Notes: generated by a model from the sequence alone, not told the origin. 64,000 nt of DNA from a bacterium (GCA_021816695.1 JAKAXE010000001.1:67344-131343), one strand, 5' to 3'. Positions 17,132 to 26,661 are shown, numbered from the stretch's first letter. A program made the numbers and translations.

Positions 17132-19276
17132 CTAGCCCCCCGGGCCCGGTGCCTGAGGCGACCCCGATGGCGACGGCACGGATGACGGGGATGGGGAGGG
17201 AGATGCCGATGGGGTCGCGGGCGCGCTGGGGGTGACGACCGGGGTGGGGGTCGGGGTAGGCGACGGCGTCACGCTGCCTCCCCCGAGCACCTTGGTCGAC
17301 GGTCCGGTCCCTGGCAGGTAGTAGTCAACCTCACCGTTCACGGTGCGGCTCACCAGGCCCTGAGGGGGTGTGTACCAATGGTTCGGTACCCCCGCCAGAG
17401 CGGCCTCCATGAACTGGTTCCAGAGGGAGGCGGCTCCGCTGATGCCATTCAGCCCGCCACCGTACATGGGGGCGTCGTTGGCGTTCCCCACCCAGTCTGC
17501 CCCCACCAGCTGAGGCGTCCAGCCCACGGCCAGGTTGTCGCGGTAGCTGTTGGAGGTCCCGGTCTTGATCGCCGCCGTGTGCCCCGGCAGGATCAGGGGG
17601 GTGTTCGGTCCGAAGGCCAGGAGCCGGTTGGAGTTGCGGGAGAGGATGGTGTTCATGATGTAGGCGACCTGGGGGGATAGCACTTGGGTGGCGGCGGTCG
17701 GCGCCTGGTAGAGGATCTGCCCCGTCTGACTCTCCACCGTGTTCACGAAGTGGGCCGGGTGCAGCACCCCTTGGGAGGCGAAGACCGACCCCGCCTGGGC
17801 CAGTTCCCAGAGGGGAATCGGATAGGCCCCCAAGGTCATGCTCGGCCCGTACGAGGAGTCCGGTCCGTTCAGGGTTGTCACCCCCATCGCCCGGGCGGTG
17901 GTGAGGATCTGCGGGATGCCGGTGGCGAGCTCGACCCGGACGGCCGGCACGTTGAGCGAATTGCCCAAGGCGACCTGGATCGGCACCACCCCGGCGTAGG
18001 TTCCCTCGTAGTCGTGGACCACGAAGGGCCCGCCGCCCGGCCCGCCGGTGGGGAGGCTGTAGGGGCTGTCCAGAACCGGGGTGGTCATGGTGACCTGGTG
18101 GTCCGCGATGGCGGTGGAGTAGGTGAAGAGCTTGAACGTCGACCCCGGCTGCCGGGCCACCGCCGCCATGTCGATCTCGCCCCCCGGCACATTGGGCCCG
18201 GCACCGCCGACCCAGACCTCGATCTGCCCGGTGGCGGGATCCTCAGCCACCAGGGCACCGTCGGTCATGTGCATCGCCTGGTGCCTGGCGATGTCGGCCG
18301 TCACCAGCTGCTGTGCCTTCTGGTTCAGCGCCACGTTGAGGCTGGTGTAGACCCGCAGCCCCATGGTGGCGTAGCCCGAGCCGAAGTGCTGCTGCAGCCA
18401 GACGCGCACCTGGTCGACGAAGTAGGGCGCGTTGTCCACCGGGGCCTCGCTTCCCGAGCCCAGAGCGGGCGGCTTGGCCAGAACCGCCGCCGCCTCCCGG
18501 GCGGGAAGCTCCCCGTACTTGACCATGGCGGCCACCACTGCCTGCTGGCGAAGGCGCGCCCCCGCCATGTTGCTGAAGGGGTCGAGGTAGGACGGTGCGG
18601 GCAGGAGGCCGGCGAGCAGGGTGGCCTCGGGGAGGGTGAGCTGCGCGGCGCTCACCCCGAAGTAGGTCTCGGCGGCGGCCTGGATCCCGGTCGCTCCCTG
18701 TCCGAAGTAGACGTCATTCAGGTAGTCGTCCAGGATCTGGCTGCGGCTGAGGTGCGAGGTCAGCTCGTTTCCGTAGAGGATCTCCTTCACCTTGTAGGTG
18801 ATCGACTTGTTGTCGGTGAGGTAGAGGAGCTTGGCCACCTGCTCCGGGATCGTGCTGGCGCCCTGGGCGGCGCTGTGATGAATCAGGTCGTAGACCCCGG
18901 CCTCGACGATCCGCCCCACGTCGAAGCTCGGCGCCGTCCAGAAGCTGTGGTCCTCGATGGCGACCACCGCCTTCTGCATCGCCGGGGCGATCTGGTTAAG
19001 CGGCACCGGGATCCGGCTGGTGCCGGAGGGATGGAGGTCCGCCACCAGCTGGTTGCCCTGGCCGTACACCACAGTGTCTGTGGGGAGTTGCCGGGGAGGC
19101 GGCAGCGAGCTGTAGGCACGGGCCAGCGCCGTCGTGGGCACCGCCAGCGCAACCACCGCCACCAGCACGCCCATTAGTGCCAGGCCCACGATCTGCCGGC
19201 CGTGGGGAGCTGCGGCGCCACCACGCCGGCGGCCCCGGCGCGGTCGCTGGCGGGACTCGGGATTCAGTTCACGCAT
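17132..19276 (-). CDS. Class A penicillin-binding protein (bifunctional transglycosylase/transpeptidase, PBP1A-type)
   Basis: N-terminal TM segment. GT51 motif AIEDHSFW. Transpeptidase motifs STFKLF (SxxK), SNS (SxN) and KTGTS (KTG). Pro/Ser/Thr-rich C-terminal tail. Confidence 0.9.
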   Translation of the reverse strand: MRELNPESRQRPRRGRRRGGAAAPHGRQIVGLALMGVLVAVVALAVPTTALARAYSSLPPPRQLPTDTVVYGQGNQLVADLHPSGTSRIPVPLNQIAPAMQKAVVAIEDHSFWTAPSFDVGRIVEAGVYDLIHHSAAQGASTIPEQVAKLLYLTDNKSITYKVKEILYGNELTSHLSRSQILDDYLNDVYFGQGATGIQAAAETYFGVSAAQLTLPEATLLAGLLPAPSYLDPFSNMAGARLRQQAVVAAMVKYGELPAREAAAVLAKPPALGSGSEAPVDNAPYFVDQVRVWLQQHFGSGYATMGLRVYTSLNVALNQKAQQLVTADIARHQAMHMTDGALVAEDPATGQIEVWVGGAGPNVPGGEIDMAAVARQPGSTFKLFTYSTAIADHQVTMTTPVLDSPYSLPTGGPGGGPFVVHDYEGTYAGVVPIQVALGNSLNVPAVRVELATGIPQILTTARAMGVTTLNGPDSSYGPSMTLGAYPIPLWELAQAGSVFASQGVLHPAHFVNTVESQTGQILYQAPTAATQVLSPQVAYIMNTILSRNSNRLLAFGPNTPLILPGHTAAIKTGTSNSYRDNLAVGWTPQLVGADWVGNANDAPMYGGGLNGISGAASLWNQFMEAALAGVPNHWYTPPQGLVSRTVNGEVDYYLPGTGPSTKVLGGGSVTPSPTPTPTPVVTPSAPATPSASPSPSPSSVPSPSGSPQAPGPGG

Positions 19277-19489
19277 GATGTCGGTTGGGCGCGGCGCGGG
19301 GCCAGGGTCCCCGGGTTCTTGCCGGGGCCGGCCAGGCGGGGGAGGCGCACTTCACGCGCCGCGCCCACCTCTGCAACGCCCACCGGAGCGGTTTGGTTTC
19401 CATCACCGGCTCCGGCGACCCGGCGACCCAGGCCCGTCTGAGTTGGGGACCGACGTCGGGACAGGGTCCCCGGGACTCCCCAGCCGAAT

Positions 19490-19966
19490 TCACCCGATCA
19501 GGTGCCCGGAGGATCCATAGGCTCTCGCCAACCGGGAGCCTCGCCCTTCTGTCGCCGCCGTGTCGCCGCGGTTGTAGAGGCGACAGCGGCGCAGCGACAG
19601 GCAGCCGCACCCGACGCAGCCGGTGAGGTCGTCGCGGAGACGCTCTAGAGCCGCGATTCTGAGGTCAAGCTGGCTGCGCCACCCCACGGAGAGCTCCTGC
19701 CAGTCCGCGCGGGTGGGGGTTCGTTGGTCCGGGAGCCTGGCCAGGGCGGCGCGGATCTCCTCCAGTGTCAGTCCGACCATCTGGGCCGCTGAGATGAACG
19801 CGAGTCGACGCAGGGTGGCGCGGGGAAACAGGCGCTGGCCGCCCGGCGAGCGCTCAGAGGTGAGCAAACCCCTGGCTTCGTAGAAGCGGATCGCGGAAGC
19901 GGCCACTCCACTTCGGCCGGAGAGCTCGCCGATGGAGAGGCGGGTCGGCAGGACGGGCACGGCCAA
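19490..19966 (-). CDS. soxR: SoxR-type MerR-family redox-sensing regulator ([2Fe-2S])
   Basis: MerR-type HTH (LSIGELSGRSGVAASAIRFYEARGLL) and the C-terminal CVGCGCLSLRRCRL cluster, matching the SoxR CIGCGCLSxxxC Fe-S ligand motif. Confidence 0.85.
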   Translation of the reverse strand: MAVPVLPTRLSIGELSGRSGVAASAIRFYEARGLLTSERSPGGQRLFPRATLRRLAFISAAQMVGLTLEEIRAALARLPDQRTPTRADWQELSVGWRSQLDLRIAALERLRDDLTGCVGCGCLSLRRCRLYNRGDTAATEGRGSRLARAYGSSGHLIG

Positions 19967-19985
19967 ATGTTCCTCACGAAGATCC

Positions 19986-20016
19986 TTGACATCAACTTAA
20001 CATTAAGTATTAGCCT
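19986..20016 (+). promoter_or_regulatory. Candidate SoxR-controlled promoter: TTGACA -35, ACTTAA-ca-TTAAGT dyad centred in a 19-bp spacer, TAGCCT -10, ATG 7 nt downstream
   Basis: TTGACA at 19986-19991, dyad at 19995-20008 and TANNNT box at 20011-20016, with the transketolase ATG at 20023. This is the only AT-rich patch between divergent soxR and tkt. Over-long spacers with a central dyad are the hallmark of MerR/SoxR promoters. Confidence 0.5.
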
Positions 20017-20022
20017 GCTGCC

Positions 20023-20763
20023 ATGACAACAGTGCTCCCTAACGCTGCGACGGTTCCTGCCTCAGTCCCGTCCCGGATCGTGGGCTATGAAGGGTTGGGC
20101 GGCCTTCTGGACCTGATTTCGGGGGACGGGAAGCACTCCTCGGCGTCCACCTCGACCCTCGACGTCTTGTGGGTTCTTTATGACCGCATCCTCGAGGTCG
20201 GACCGCAGACCGTCGGCGATCCTTCTCGGGATCGGTTCATTCTCTCCAAGGGCCACGGCCCAGCCGGCTACTACGCAGTCCTGGCTGCCAAGGGCTTTAT
20301 CTCCGCGGAGCTCTTGGCGGAGTTCGGATCGTTCAACTCGCCATTGGGCCATCACCCTGATCGTCTGCTGGTCCCAGGGGTCGAGGTCTCCAGCGGATCA
20401 CTCGGCCACGGCCTGGCGATTGCGGTAGGCGTGGCCGCGGGGCTTCGCATCCAGGGTCGGCTGAAGCCGCGGGTCATCTGCCTGCTGGGCGACGGTGAGT
20501 TGGAGGAGGGGTCCAACCACGAGGCGCTCTGGCTGGCCTCGATCCACCGGCTCTCATCGCTGACGGCCATCGTGGTCGACAATCGCAGCTCGGAGCTGGG
20601 CTGGCCGGGCGGCGTGGACGCCCCCTTCGCCGCGGCGAGATGGCAGGTGGAGCGCGTCGGGGCACATGACCAGGCCGCTCTGGAAGTGGCCCTCCGGCGT
20701 CGATGTGAGACGGGCCCCAACCTGGTGGTCGCCGCCACCTACCCTGGCCCGGTTCCGGAATGA
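20023..20763 (+). CDS. Transketolase, N-terminal (TPP-binding) subunit of a split transketolase
   Basis: Carries GHGPAGYYA, GSLGHGLAIAVG and LLGDGELEEGSNHEAL TPP-binding signatures. Ends with a 4-nt overlap to the next gene. Confidence 0.85.
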   Translation: MTTVLPNAATVPASVPSRIVGYEGLGGLLDLISGDGKHSSASTSTLDVLWVLYDRILEVGPQTVGDPSRDRFILSKGHGPAGYYAVLAAKGFISAELLAEFGSFNSPLGHHPDRLLVPGVEVSSGSLGHGLAIAVGVAAGLRIQGRLKPRVICLLGDGELEEGSNHEALWLASIHRLSSLTAIVVDNRSSELGWPGGVDAPFAAARWQVERVGAHDQAALEVALRRRCETGPNLVVAATYPGPVPE

Positions 20764-21662
20764 GGCAGCGGGTTGCCGACGAGCTGGGGCGAATGCTGGA
20801 CCGCGACGACCGGCTGGTGGTGGTCCTCGCGGCCATCTCCACTGGCCAGTTCGCCTCCGCCCGGGCCAGACATCCGCAGCGCGTAATAGACGTGGGAATC
20901 CGGGAGCAGGCGCTCATCGGGGTCGCAGCCGGGTTGGCCCACGCGGGGCTGCGCCCGGTGGCCCACACCTTTGCACCCTTTTTGTTGGAACGCCCCTTCG
21001 AGCAATTGAAGATGGATCTATGCCAGCAAGGGCTGGGCGCCATCCTCGTCAGCATCGGCGCCTCCTACGACTTCCCCGAGTACGGCACCTCACACTTTTG
21101 TCCGGAGGACGTGGCTCTGCTGGATACCTTGCCGGGGATCGAGGTCCACGTTCCCGGCCATGCGGACGAGGCGGTCACTTTCCTCCGGAAGATGGTGCCC
21201 GAGGACGGGATCGGCTATCTGCGGCTATCCGAGGCCACCAATGCCCGCGCCGAGCCCACACCCCCCGGGGGTATGCGTGTGCTCCGAAGTGGCGCCGCTG
21301 GGTCGGTGTTGGCCGTCGGGCCGATGCTGGATCCCGTGGTGGCGGCGGTGGAGGGCCTGGACGTGACCCTCATTTACGCGAACACCGTGAGGCCCCTGGA
21401 TGAGGCAACCGTCCTGGCCTCCCTCGGCCGGCCCGCGGTGGCGGTGGTGGAGCCGTACCTCGCGGGCACCTCGGTGGGGGTGATCAGCCAGAGTCTGGGC
21501 CACATCCCCCATCGGATCCTCGGTGTGGGAGTCACGCGGCGCGACCTGCGTCGCTACGGCAGTCGCCGCGAGCATGATCTGGCGCACGGGCTGGATCCGG
21601 CGTCCTTGCGCCGTACCCTCCTGGACTTTCTCGTGACCGCTGGGCCGACTCCGGGTGCGTGA
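20760..21662 (+). CDS. Transketolase, C-terminal (pyrimidine-binding/C-terminal domain) subunit
   Basis: Has the transketolase Pyr-domain pattern (VIDVGIREQALIGVAAGLA, FAPFL) plus a C-terminal domain. ATGA-coupled to the N-terminal subunit gene. Confidence 0.85.
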   Translation: MRQRVADELGRMLDRDDRLVVVLAAISTGQFASARARHPQRVIDVGIREQALIGVAAGLAHAGLRPVAHTFAPFLLERPFEQLKMDLCQQGLGAILVSIGASYDFPEYGTSHFCPEDVALLDTLPGIEVHVPGHADEAVTFLRKMVPEDGIGYLRLSEATNARAEPTPPGGMRVLRSGAAGSVLAVGPMLDPVVAAVEGLDVTLIYANTVRPLDEATVLASLGRPAVAVVEPYLAGTSVGVISQSLGHIPHRILGVGVTRRDLRRYGSRREHDLAHGLDPASLRRTLLDFLVTAGPTPGA

Positions 21663-21965
21663 TAGCCCCCCACCAGCTGGGAATGGTGCAGGTGGCGCTG
21701 GTGTTCGGTCCCAGCCGAGCGGTTGACTGGTTGGGACGTCGTCACCGGCCCCGGTCTGCCGGTGCCATGAGTGTGTCTCCCAGCGGGCCCGGACGGTCAA
21801 CGGATTTGGGTGATCGCTCGGACGAAAACGTGCAGTGCGCGGGGACCGGCGGTTGAGTGAGGTTAGGGATCTCGCGGCGGTTGGCCCGCTCCACCACTCC
21901 CAGCGGCGCCTCCGCTCCTCGCCGGCAGACGCCCGCCCGGTGGATCTGCCAGTCTAGAGGCTCGG

Positions 21966-22510
21966 TAATGAGCAGCATGCCGCCTTTCGAGGAGCGCCGG
22001 GAGCTCCCGGTAGAGCCCTCCCAGATGCCTTACCTCCGGCCGCCCACCCCACGGGCGAACTGGAGGTTCACCGGGCTGGCGCTCGGGGGGCTAGGCCTGC
22101 TGGCCGTCCTCCGGTTGGTCGTCTCCCACCCGGCGCCCGCCCCCTCCCATGCCTCGCCGCAGGCTGCGGTCGCCGGCTACCTCAATGCCGCCGTCGCCGG
22201 CTCCCAGGCCGGTCTGGAGTCGTACCTGGCCCCCAGCGACCGTCAGGGGGCCGCTGCCATGCTCAGCGCTCTCCGCGCCGACCGGGTGCGGCTGGTCTCC
22301 CCCTCGATCGGTCCGACAAGCGTCGAGGGGGCCACCGCCCAGGTGGAGGTGGCGCTGGAGGTCTGCTATCGGAAATCCTCCTCGGCCCCGTACACCTGCG
22401 AGCTTCTGAGCCACGAGCCGCTGGGACTCTCCTCGGAGATCCTGTGCCAGGACCTCGCCGGGCGCTGGTACGTAACGACCCTTCTGAAGCCGTCGCCGCT
22501 GACCGGCTAA
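21966..22510 (+). CDS. Hypothetical membrane-anchored protein
   Basis: ATG at 21966 (MSSMPPFEE...), a single TM (FTGLALGGLGLLAVLRLVV) and a soluble domain of ordinary composition. The track ORF starts earlier at 21857. Confidence 0.4.
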
Positions 22511-22521
22511 GGAGGCGGCAC

Positions 22522-23937
22522 CTATCCGGCCGCGGGAGCCTCCAGGGAGGGCACCACCTGCCGTTCGGGGTCGAGCAGCCGGGTGAGCTCGTCCTCGGAT
22601 AGGGAGGTGCGCTGGCGGGCCACCTCGCGCACCGTGGCCCCGGTCTCGAAGGCCTCGTGGGCGATGGCCGCCGCGGCGTCATAGCCGATCGCCGGCACCA
22701 GACCGGTGCAGATTGCGAGTCCGCGCTCCAGCATCTCCGGTCCGCGCTCGGTGGCCACCAGGCCGTCCACTGCCCGCTGCGCGAAGTTGTCCACCGCCCG
22801 GGCCAGAAGCTCCATCTCGGTGAGCAGGTTGTGGGCCGCCACCGGGAGCATCACGTTGAGTTCCAGGATGGAGCCGGCGGTGCCGGCGAAGCTCACCGTG
22901 GCGTCGCACCCCAGCACCTGGGCCACCACCATCAGCAGGGCCTCGCAGATCACCGGGTTGACCTTGCCGGGCATGATCGAGGATCCCGGCTGGACCGCGG
23001 GGAGGCTCAGCTCGCCGATCCCCGCCCGCGGTCCGCAGGAGAGGAGACGGATGTCGCTGGCGATCTTGTAGGCGCTGATGGCCGCCGACCGCACCGCCGC
23101 CGAGGCGAAGACGACAGCATCGAGGGTCGACTGAGCCTGGAAATGGTTGTCGGTCTCGCGCAGCTGGGGGTCGTAGATGGGACGGAGGCGCTCCACCACC
23201 CGGGCCGCGAACTCGGGGTGCCGACCGATCCCCGTCCCGACCGCCGTGCCTCCGAGAGCGACCTCGGTCAGCTGGACCCGTGCCGCTTCCAGCCGCTGCA
23301 GCGCTCGCTCCACCTGGCCTCGGTAGCCTTCGAACTCCTGTCCGAGCCGGATGGGGGTGGCATCCTGGAGGTGGGTCCGCCCGGTCTTGATCACCGGCCA
23401 CAGCGCCTCCCGCTGCGCCGCCAGGCTGTTGGCCAACCGCTCCATGGCCGGTCGGAGCTGGTCGCGCAGGGTGGCCAGCGCCGCCAGGTGGATGGCGGTG
23501 GGGAAGACGTCGTTGCTGGACTGCCCGAGGTTGACGTGGTCGTTGGGATGCACCAGCCCGCGGTCGCCACGGTCCGCTCCCAGCAGCTCCAAGGCCCGGT
23601 TGGCGATCACCTCGTTGGCGTTCATATTGGACGAGGTGCCGCTGCCGGTCTGGAAGATGTCGACGACGAACTCGCCGTCGAAGCTCCCCTCGGCCACCTC
23701 GCCGGCGGCGGCGGCGATCGCCCGGGCCCGCTCCTCGGCCAGCAGGCCGAGGTCCAGGTTGACCAGCGCGGCCTCGCGCTTGATCGCCCCCAAGGCGGCG
23801 ATCAGGGCCCGGGGCAGGCGCAGGGTGGAGATGGGGAAGTTCTCCACCGCGCGCTGGGTCGAGGCGCCGTAATAAGCGCGGGCCGGCACCGCCAGCTCGC
23901 CCATGGAATCGCGCTCCAGCCGAACTTCTGCGTCCAC
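22522..23937 (-). CDS. fumC: Class II fumarate hydratase (fumarase/aspartase family)
   Basis: GSSIMPGKVNP signature and QTGSGTSSNMNANEVIANRA, 471 aa. The fumarase-versus-aspartase assignment leans to fumarase but is not decisive from sequence alone. Confidence 0.8.
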   Translation of the reverse strand: MDAEVRLERDSMGELAVPARAYYGASTQRAVENFPISTLRLPRALIAALGAIKREAALVNLDLGLLAEERARAIAAAAGEVAEGSFDGEFVVDIFQTGSGTSSNMNANEVIANRALELLGADRGDRGLVHPNDHVNLGQSSNDVFPTAIHLAALATLRDQLRPAMERLANSLAAQREALWPVIKTGRTHLQDATPIRLGQEFEGYRGQVERALQRLEAARVQLTEVALGGTAVGTGIGRHPEFAARVVERLRPIYDPQLRETDNHFQAQSTLDAVVFASAAVRSAAISAYKIASDIRLLSCGPRAGIGELSLPAVQPGSSIMPGKVNPVICEALLMVVAQVLGCDATVSFAGTAGSILELNVMLPVAAHNLLTEMELLARAVDNFAQRAVDGLVATERGPEMLERGLAICTGLVPAIGYDAAAAIAHEAFETGATVREVARQRTSLSEDELTRLLDPERQVVPSLEAPAAG

Positions 23938-23939
23938 GG

Positions 23940-24605
23940 TTACGAGTTTAGGCCCTGTTCAGGTTGGGGGCCGGGGCGCCAGTCGTCGACCAGCCGGCGC
24001 TTCCAGTCGTCCTGGGGATCGCGCCGGCCCGGCGGCCAGAGACGGTAGCCCTCGAAGCGGCGCAGGAGCAGGCAGAGCAGCACCCCGACGGCCGTGATCG
24101 GGTAGGCGCGCGGGTCGCGGCTGGCCGCCAGCACCACCGGCAGGCTGAGGTAGCCCATGAGCACTCCGAGGCCACTCCGCCGCATCCCCCCGCCCACCGC
24201 CAGCAGGGCGAGCAGGCACACCAGGCCGATCCAGGACCAGAGGGCGATGGCCCCGGTGGCGGTGGCCACCCCCCGGCCGCCGTTGTAGCGGAAGTAGAAC
24301 GGCCACCCGTTGCCGATCACCGCCGCCAGCCCGGCGCCCGCCGCGACCCAGCTGGGACCGTGGAGGAGGTCGGCTGCCAGCACCGGCGAGAGCCCCTGGG
24401 CGAACTGGAGCGGCCCCACCACGGCCGCCGGAGCCAGTCCCACCGTCCGATAGAGGTTGCTGGTGCCGATCTTCCCGGTACCGACCCGGCGGAGGTCCAC
24501 CCCGGCCGCGCGCCCCACCAGCCATCCCACCGGCACTCCTCCCAGGAGGTAGGCCCCGCAGAACAGGGCGGTAACCCCCGCCGGGGCGCTCAGCGGGCCG
24601 GTCAT
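23940..24605 (-). CDS. plsY: Glycerol-3-phosphate acyltransferase PlsY
   Basis: Polytopic protein with a GTGKIGTSNLYRTVG motif (PlsY G-x-G-N/K-x-G-x-T-N). ATGA overlap with the degV stop (tcat at 24602-24605). Confidence 0.8.
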   Translation of the reverse strand: MTGPLSAPAGVTALFCGAYLLGGVPVGWLVGRAAGVDLRRVGTGKIGTSNLYRTVGLAPAAVVGPLQFAQGLSPVLAADLLHGPSWVAAGAGLAAVIGNGWPFYFRYNGGRGVATATGAIALWSWIGLVCLLALLAVGGGMRRSGLGVLMGYLSLPVVLAASRDPRAYPITAVGVLLCLLLRRFEGYRLWPPGRRDPQDDWKRRLVDDWRPGPQPEQGLNS

Positions 24606-25483
24606 TCCGGCAGAGGCAAGTCGCAGATGGCCGCCGCCCCGAAGAGGCCGGGGCCGGTGTGGAGGGCGATCACCGGGGTGAGGCTCAGCTGCTCCACCCC
24701 GTCCACCCCGAACCGCCCGCGCAACGCCTCCACCAGCGGCTCCATGGTGGAGGCGGCATCCCCGCAGAAGGCGGCCAGCCGCAACGGAACCTCACGCGGC
24801 ATCTGCTCATAGAGAGAGTCGACCACTGTCCGCAGGGCGCGCCTCGTGCCCTGGACCAGGCCGAGCCGGCGGACATCGCCGCCGACGAAGGCGAAGACCG
24901 GGCGAACGCGCAGCAGGTCACTGCCCCTGCCCGCCAGCGCCGGCACCCTCCCGGACCGCACCAAAAAGCGCATCGTCTCCAGCGCGGCGATGACCCGGGC
25001 CGAGGCCGCCAGGCGGGCCACGTGGCCCACCACCTGCTCCAGCTCCAGGCCGGCCGCGCAGCCGGCGGCGGCGGCCTCGGCGACCAGGGTGAACCCGGCG
25101 GCGGCGGTGCCGGTGTCCATCACCTCCACCCGCCTATCCGGCTGCTCCTCGCGCAGCATCTCCGCCGCCACCCGGGCCGAGCGCTCCATGGTCGAGAAGC
25201 CACCGGGGATTGTGAGACAGAGCACGCTGTCCCCCGCCGCCGCCCGAAAGGCCTTGAGGTAGTCGCCGGGGCTCGGGGAGCTGCTGGTGGGGAGTGGTCC
25301 CGCCGCCCGCAGCATGGTGTACAGCTCCTCGCTGGAGATGTCCACACCATCGCGGAGGCTGCGTCCGTCCACCGTGATGGACATGGGCACGACCGTCACC
25401 TGGGGAGCCCGCGCCAGCTCCGGGGGCAGGCAGGCGCCGCTATCCACCACCAGAGCGGTCCTCGAGGTCCTCCCGGCGGTCAC
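24602..25483 (-). CDS. DegV-family fatty-acid-binding protein
   Basis: DegV pattern (LVVDSGACLP...VTVVPMSITVDG...). Probable GTG start at 25483-25481 giving a GTGA overlap with the upstream glycosyltransferase stop. The track ORF extends to 25519. Confidence 0.75.
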   Translation of the reverse strand: MTAGRTSRTALVVDSGACLPPELARAPQVTVVPMSITVDGRSLRDGVDISSEELYTMLRAAGPLPTSSSPSPGDYLKAFRAAAGDSVLCLTIPGGFSTMERSARVAAEMLREEQPDRRVEVMDTGTAAAGFTLVAEAAAAGCAAGLELEQVVGHVARLAASARVIAALETMRFLVRSGRVPALAGRGSDLLRVRPVFAFVGGDVRRLGLVQGTRRALRTVVDSLYEQMPREVPLRLAAFCGDAASTMEPLVEALRGRFGVDGVEQLSLTPVIALHTGPGLFGAAAICDLPLPE

Positions 25484-26661
25484 TCGCTCCCCGGCGGCGT
25501 TTCCAGCTCCCTCATGCAATCTCGATAGATTGCCAGAAGGCGCTCGATCATCGGTTCCATGCCGTGACGCTGGAGAGCCCGCTGGCGGGCCGCTTCCCCC
25601 AGGGTGGCGGCCCGCCCCGGATCCGATGCCAGCTGGCCGAGCTGCTCCCCCACTGAAGCCGCCAGGCGACTGGGGTCGATCGCTATCCCCCCTTCAGCCG
25701 CCACCTCCAGCCCACCCTCCGGAGTGGCGAGCACGGCGCAGCCGCTGGCCATGGCCTCCAGCAGCGAGATAGACAGACCCTCCGCGGTGGAGGGCAGGCA
25801 GAAGACATCGACCTCCTGCCAGAAGGCCACTCGGGCGTCGGCGCCCACCAGCTGGCCGCGGTAGCTGACCCGGGGGTCGAGGGCCGCCGCCCTTCGGACC
25901 AGCGGCGACAGGGTGCCGGATCCGGCGATCACCAACCGGGCACCCGGCGCCAGGGGGGCCGCGGTGAAACCCTCCAGCAGCGCACCTATCCCCTTCTCCG
26001 GGTCCAGACGGCCCAGGTAGCCGACGACCAGCTCGCCCGGCGAGCGGCGCTGACGACCTCCCTGGGGAGGGTGGAAGACGTCCACATCCACGGCGTTGGG
26101 CACGACCACGACCCGCTCGGTCCCGGCCCCCAGCCGCAGCAGCCGCTGCCGGTGCCCCTCGCTGAACACCACCAGCCGCTGGTAGGCGCCGAGCCGAGAG
26201 AGCCAGAAACGGTGCAGCTGGCGCATCACCCAGCCCCGGGCGGTGCCCTCAGCAGCGAAGGGCAGGTGGAAGGTGGCCACGGTGGCGGAGCCGTGCCGGC
26301 GGGCCAGGCGACCCACCCAGCCGTCCGCGAGGGTGAAGCTCAAGGAGCAGTGGGTCACCTGAGGCCGCTGGAGGGCGATGGCCTCCGCCATCCGGCGGCG
26401 GAAGCCCGGACGGGGGATGGTGACGGTCTTGAAGCGCAGGGTGGGCCAGGATGTCGCCATCTGTGGATCCACCGGCACCTGGGGGCCGTCCTCGGCGGCG
26501 TGGTGCAGGTAGACGGTGCAGCCCCGGCGCTGCAACCCCTGGGCCACCTGTTCGCTGTAGCTGCTGAGGCCGTCCGCCCGCCGCCCTGCGGCATGCCCGA
26601 GGAGGGCTACCCGCAGCCCGCCCTCAGGCTGGTCCGAGGTCACGCAGGCGCCCCCTCTCAA
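25480..26661 (-). CDS. GT4-family glycosyltransferase (PimA-like mannosyltransferase candidate)
   Basis: GT-B fold with the EX7E motif region (EGLSISLLEAMASGCAVLATPEGG). Gene order after a PatA/HtrB-like acyltransferase matches the actinobacterial acyltransferase-pimA arrangement. Confidence 0.75.
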   Translation of the reverse strand: MRGGACVTSDQPEGGLRVALLGHAAGRRADGLSSYSEQVAQGLQRRGCTVYLHHAAEDGPQVPVDPQMATSWPTLRFKTVTIPRPGFRRRMAEAIALQRPQVTHCSLSFTLADGWVGRLARRHGSATVATFHLPFAAEGTARGWVMRQLHRFWLSRLGAYQRLVVFSEGHRQRLLRLGAGTERVVVVPNAVDVDVFHPPQGGRQRRSPGELVVGYLGRLDPEKGIGALLEGFTAAPLAPGARLVIAGSGTLSPLVRRAAALDPRVSYRGQLVGADARVAFWQEVDVFCLPSTAEGLSISLLEAMASGCAVLATPEGGLEVAAEGGIAIDPSRLAASVGEQLGQLASDPGRAATLGEAARQRALQRHGMEPMIERLLAIYRDCMRELETPPGSE

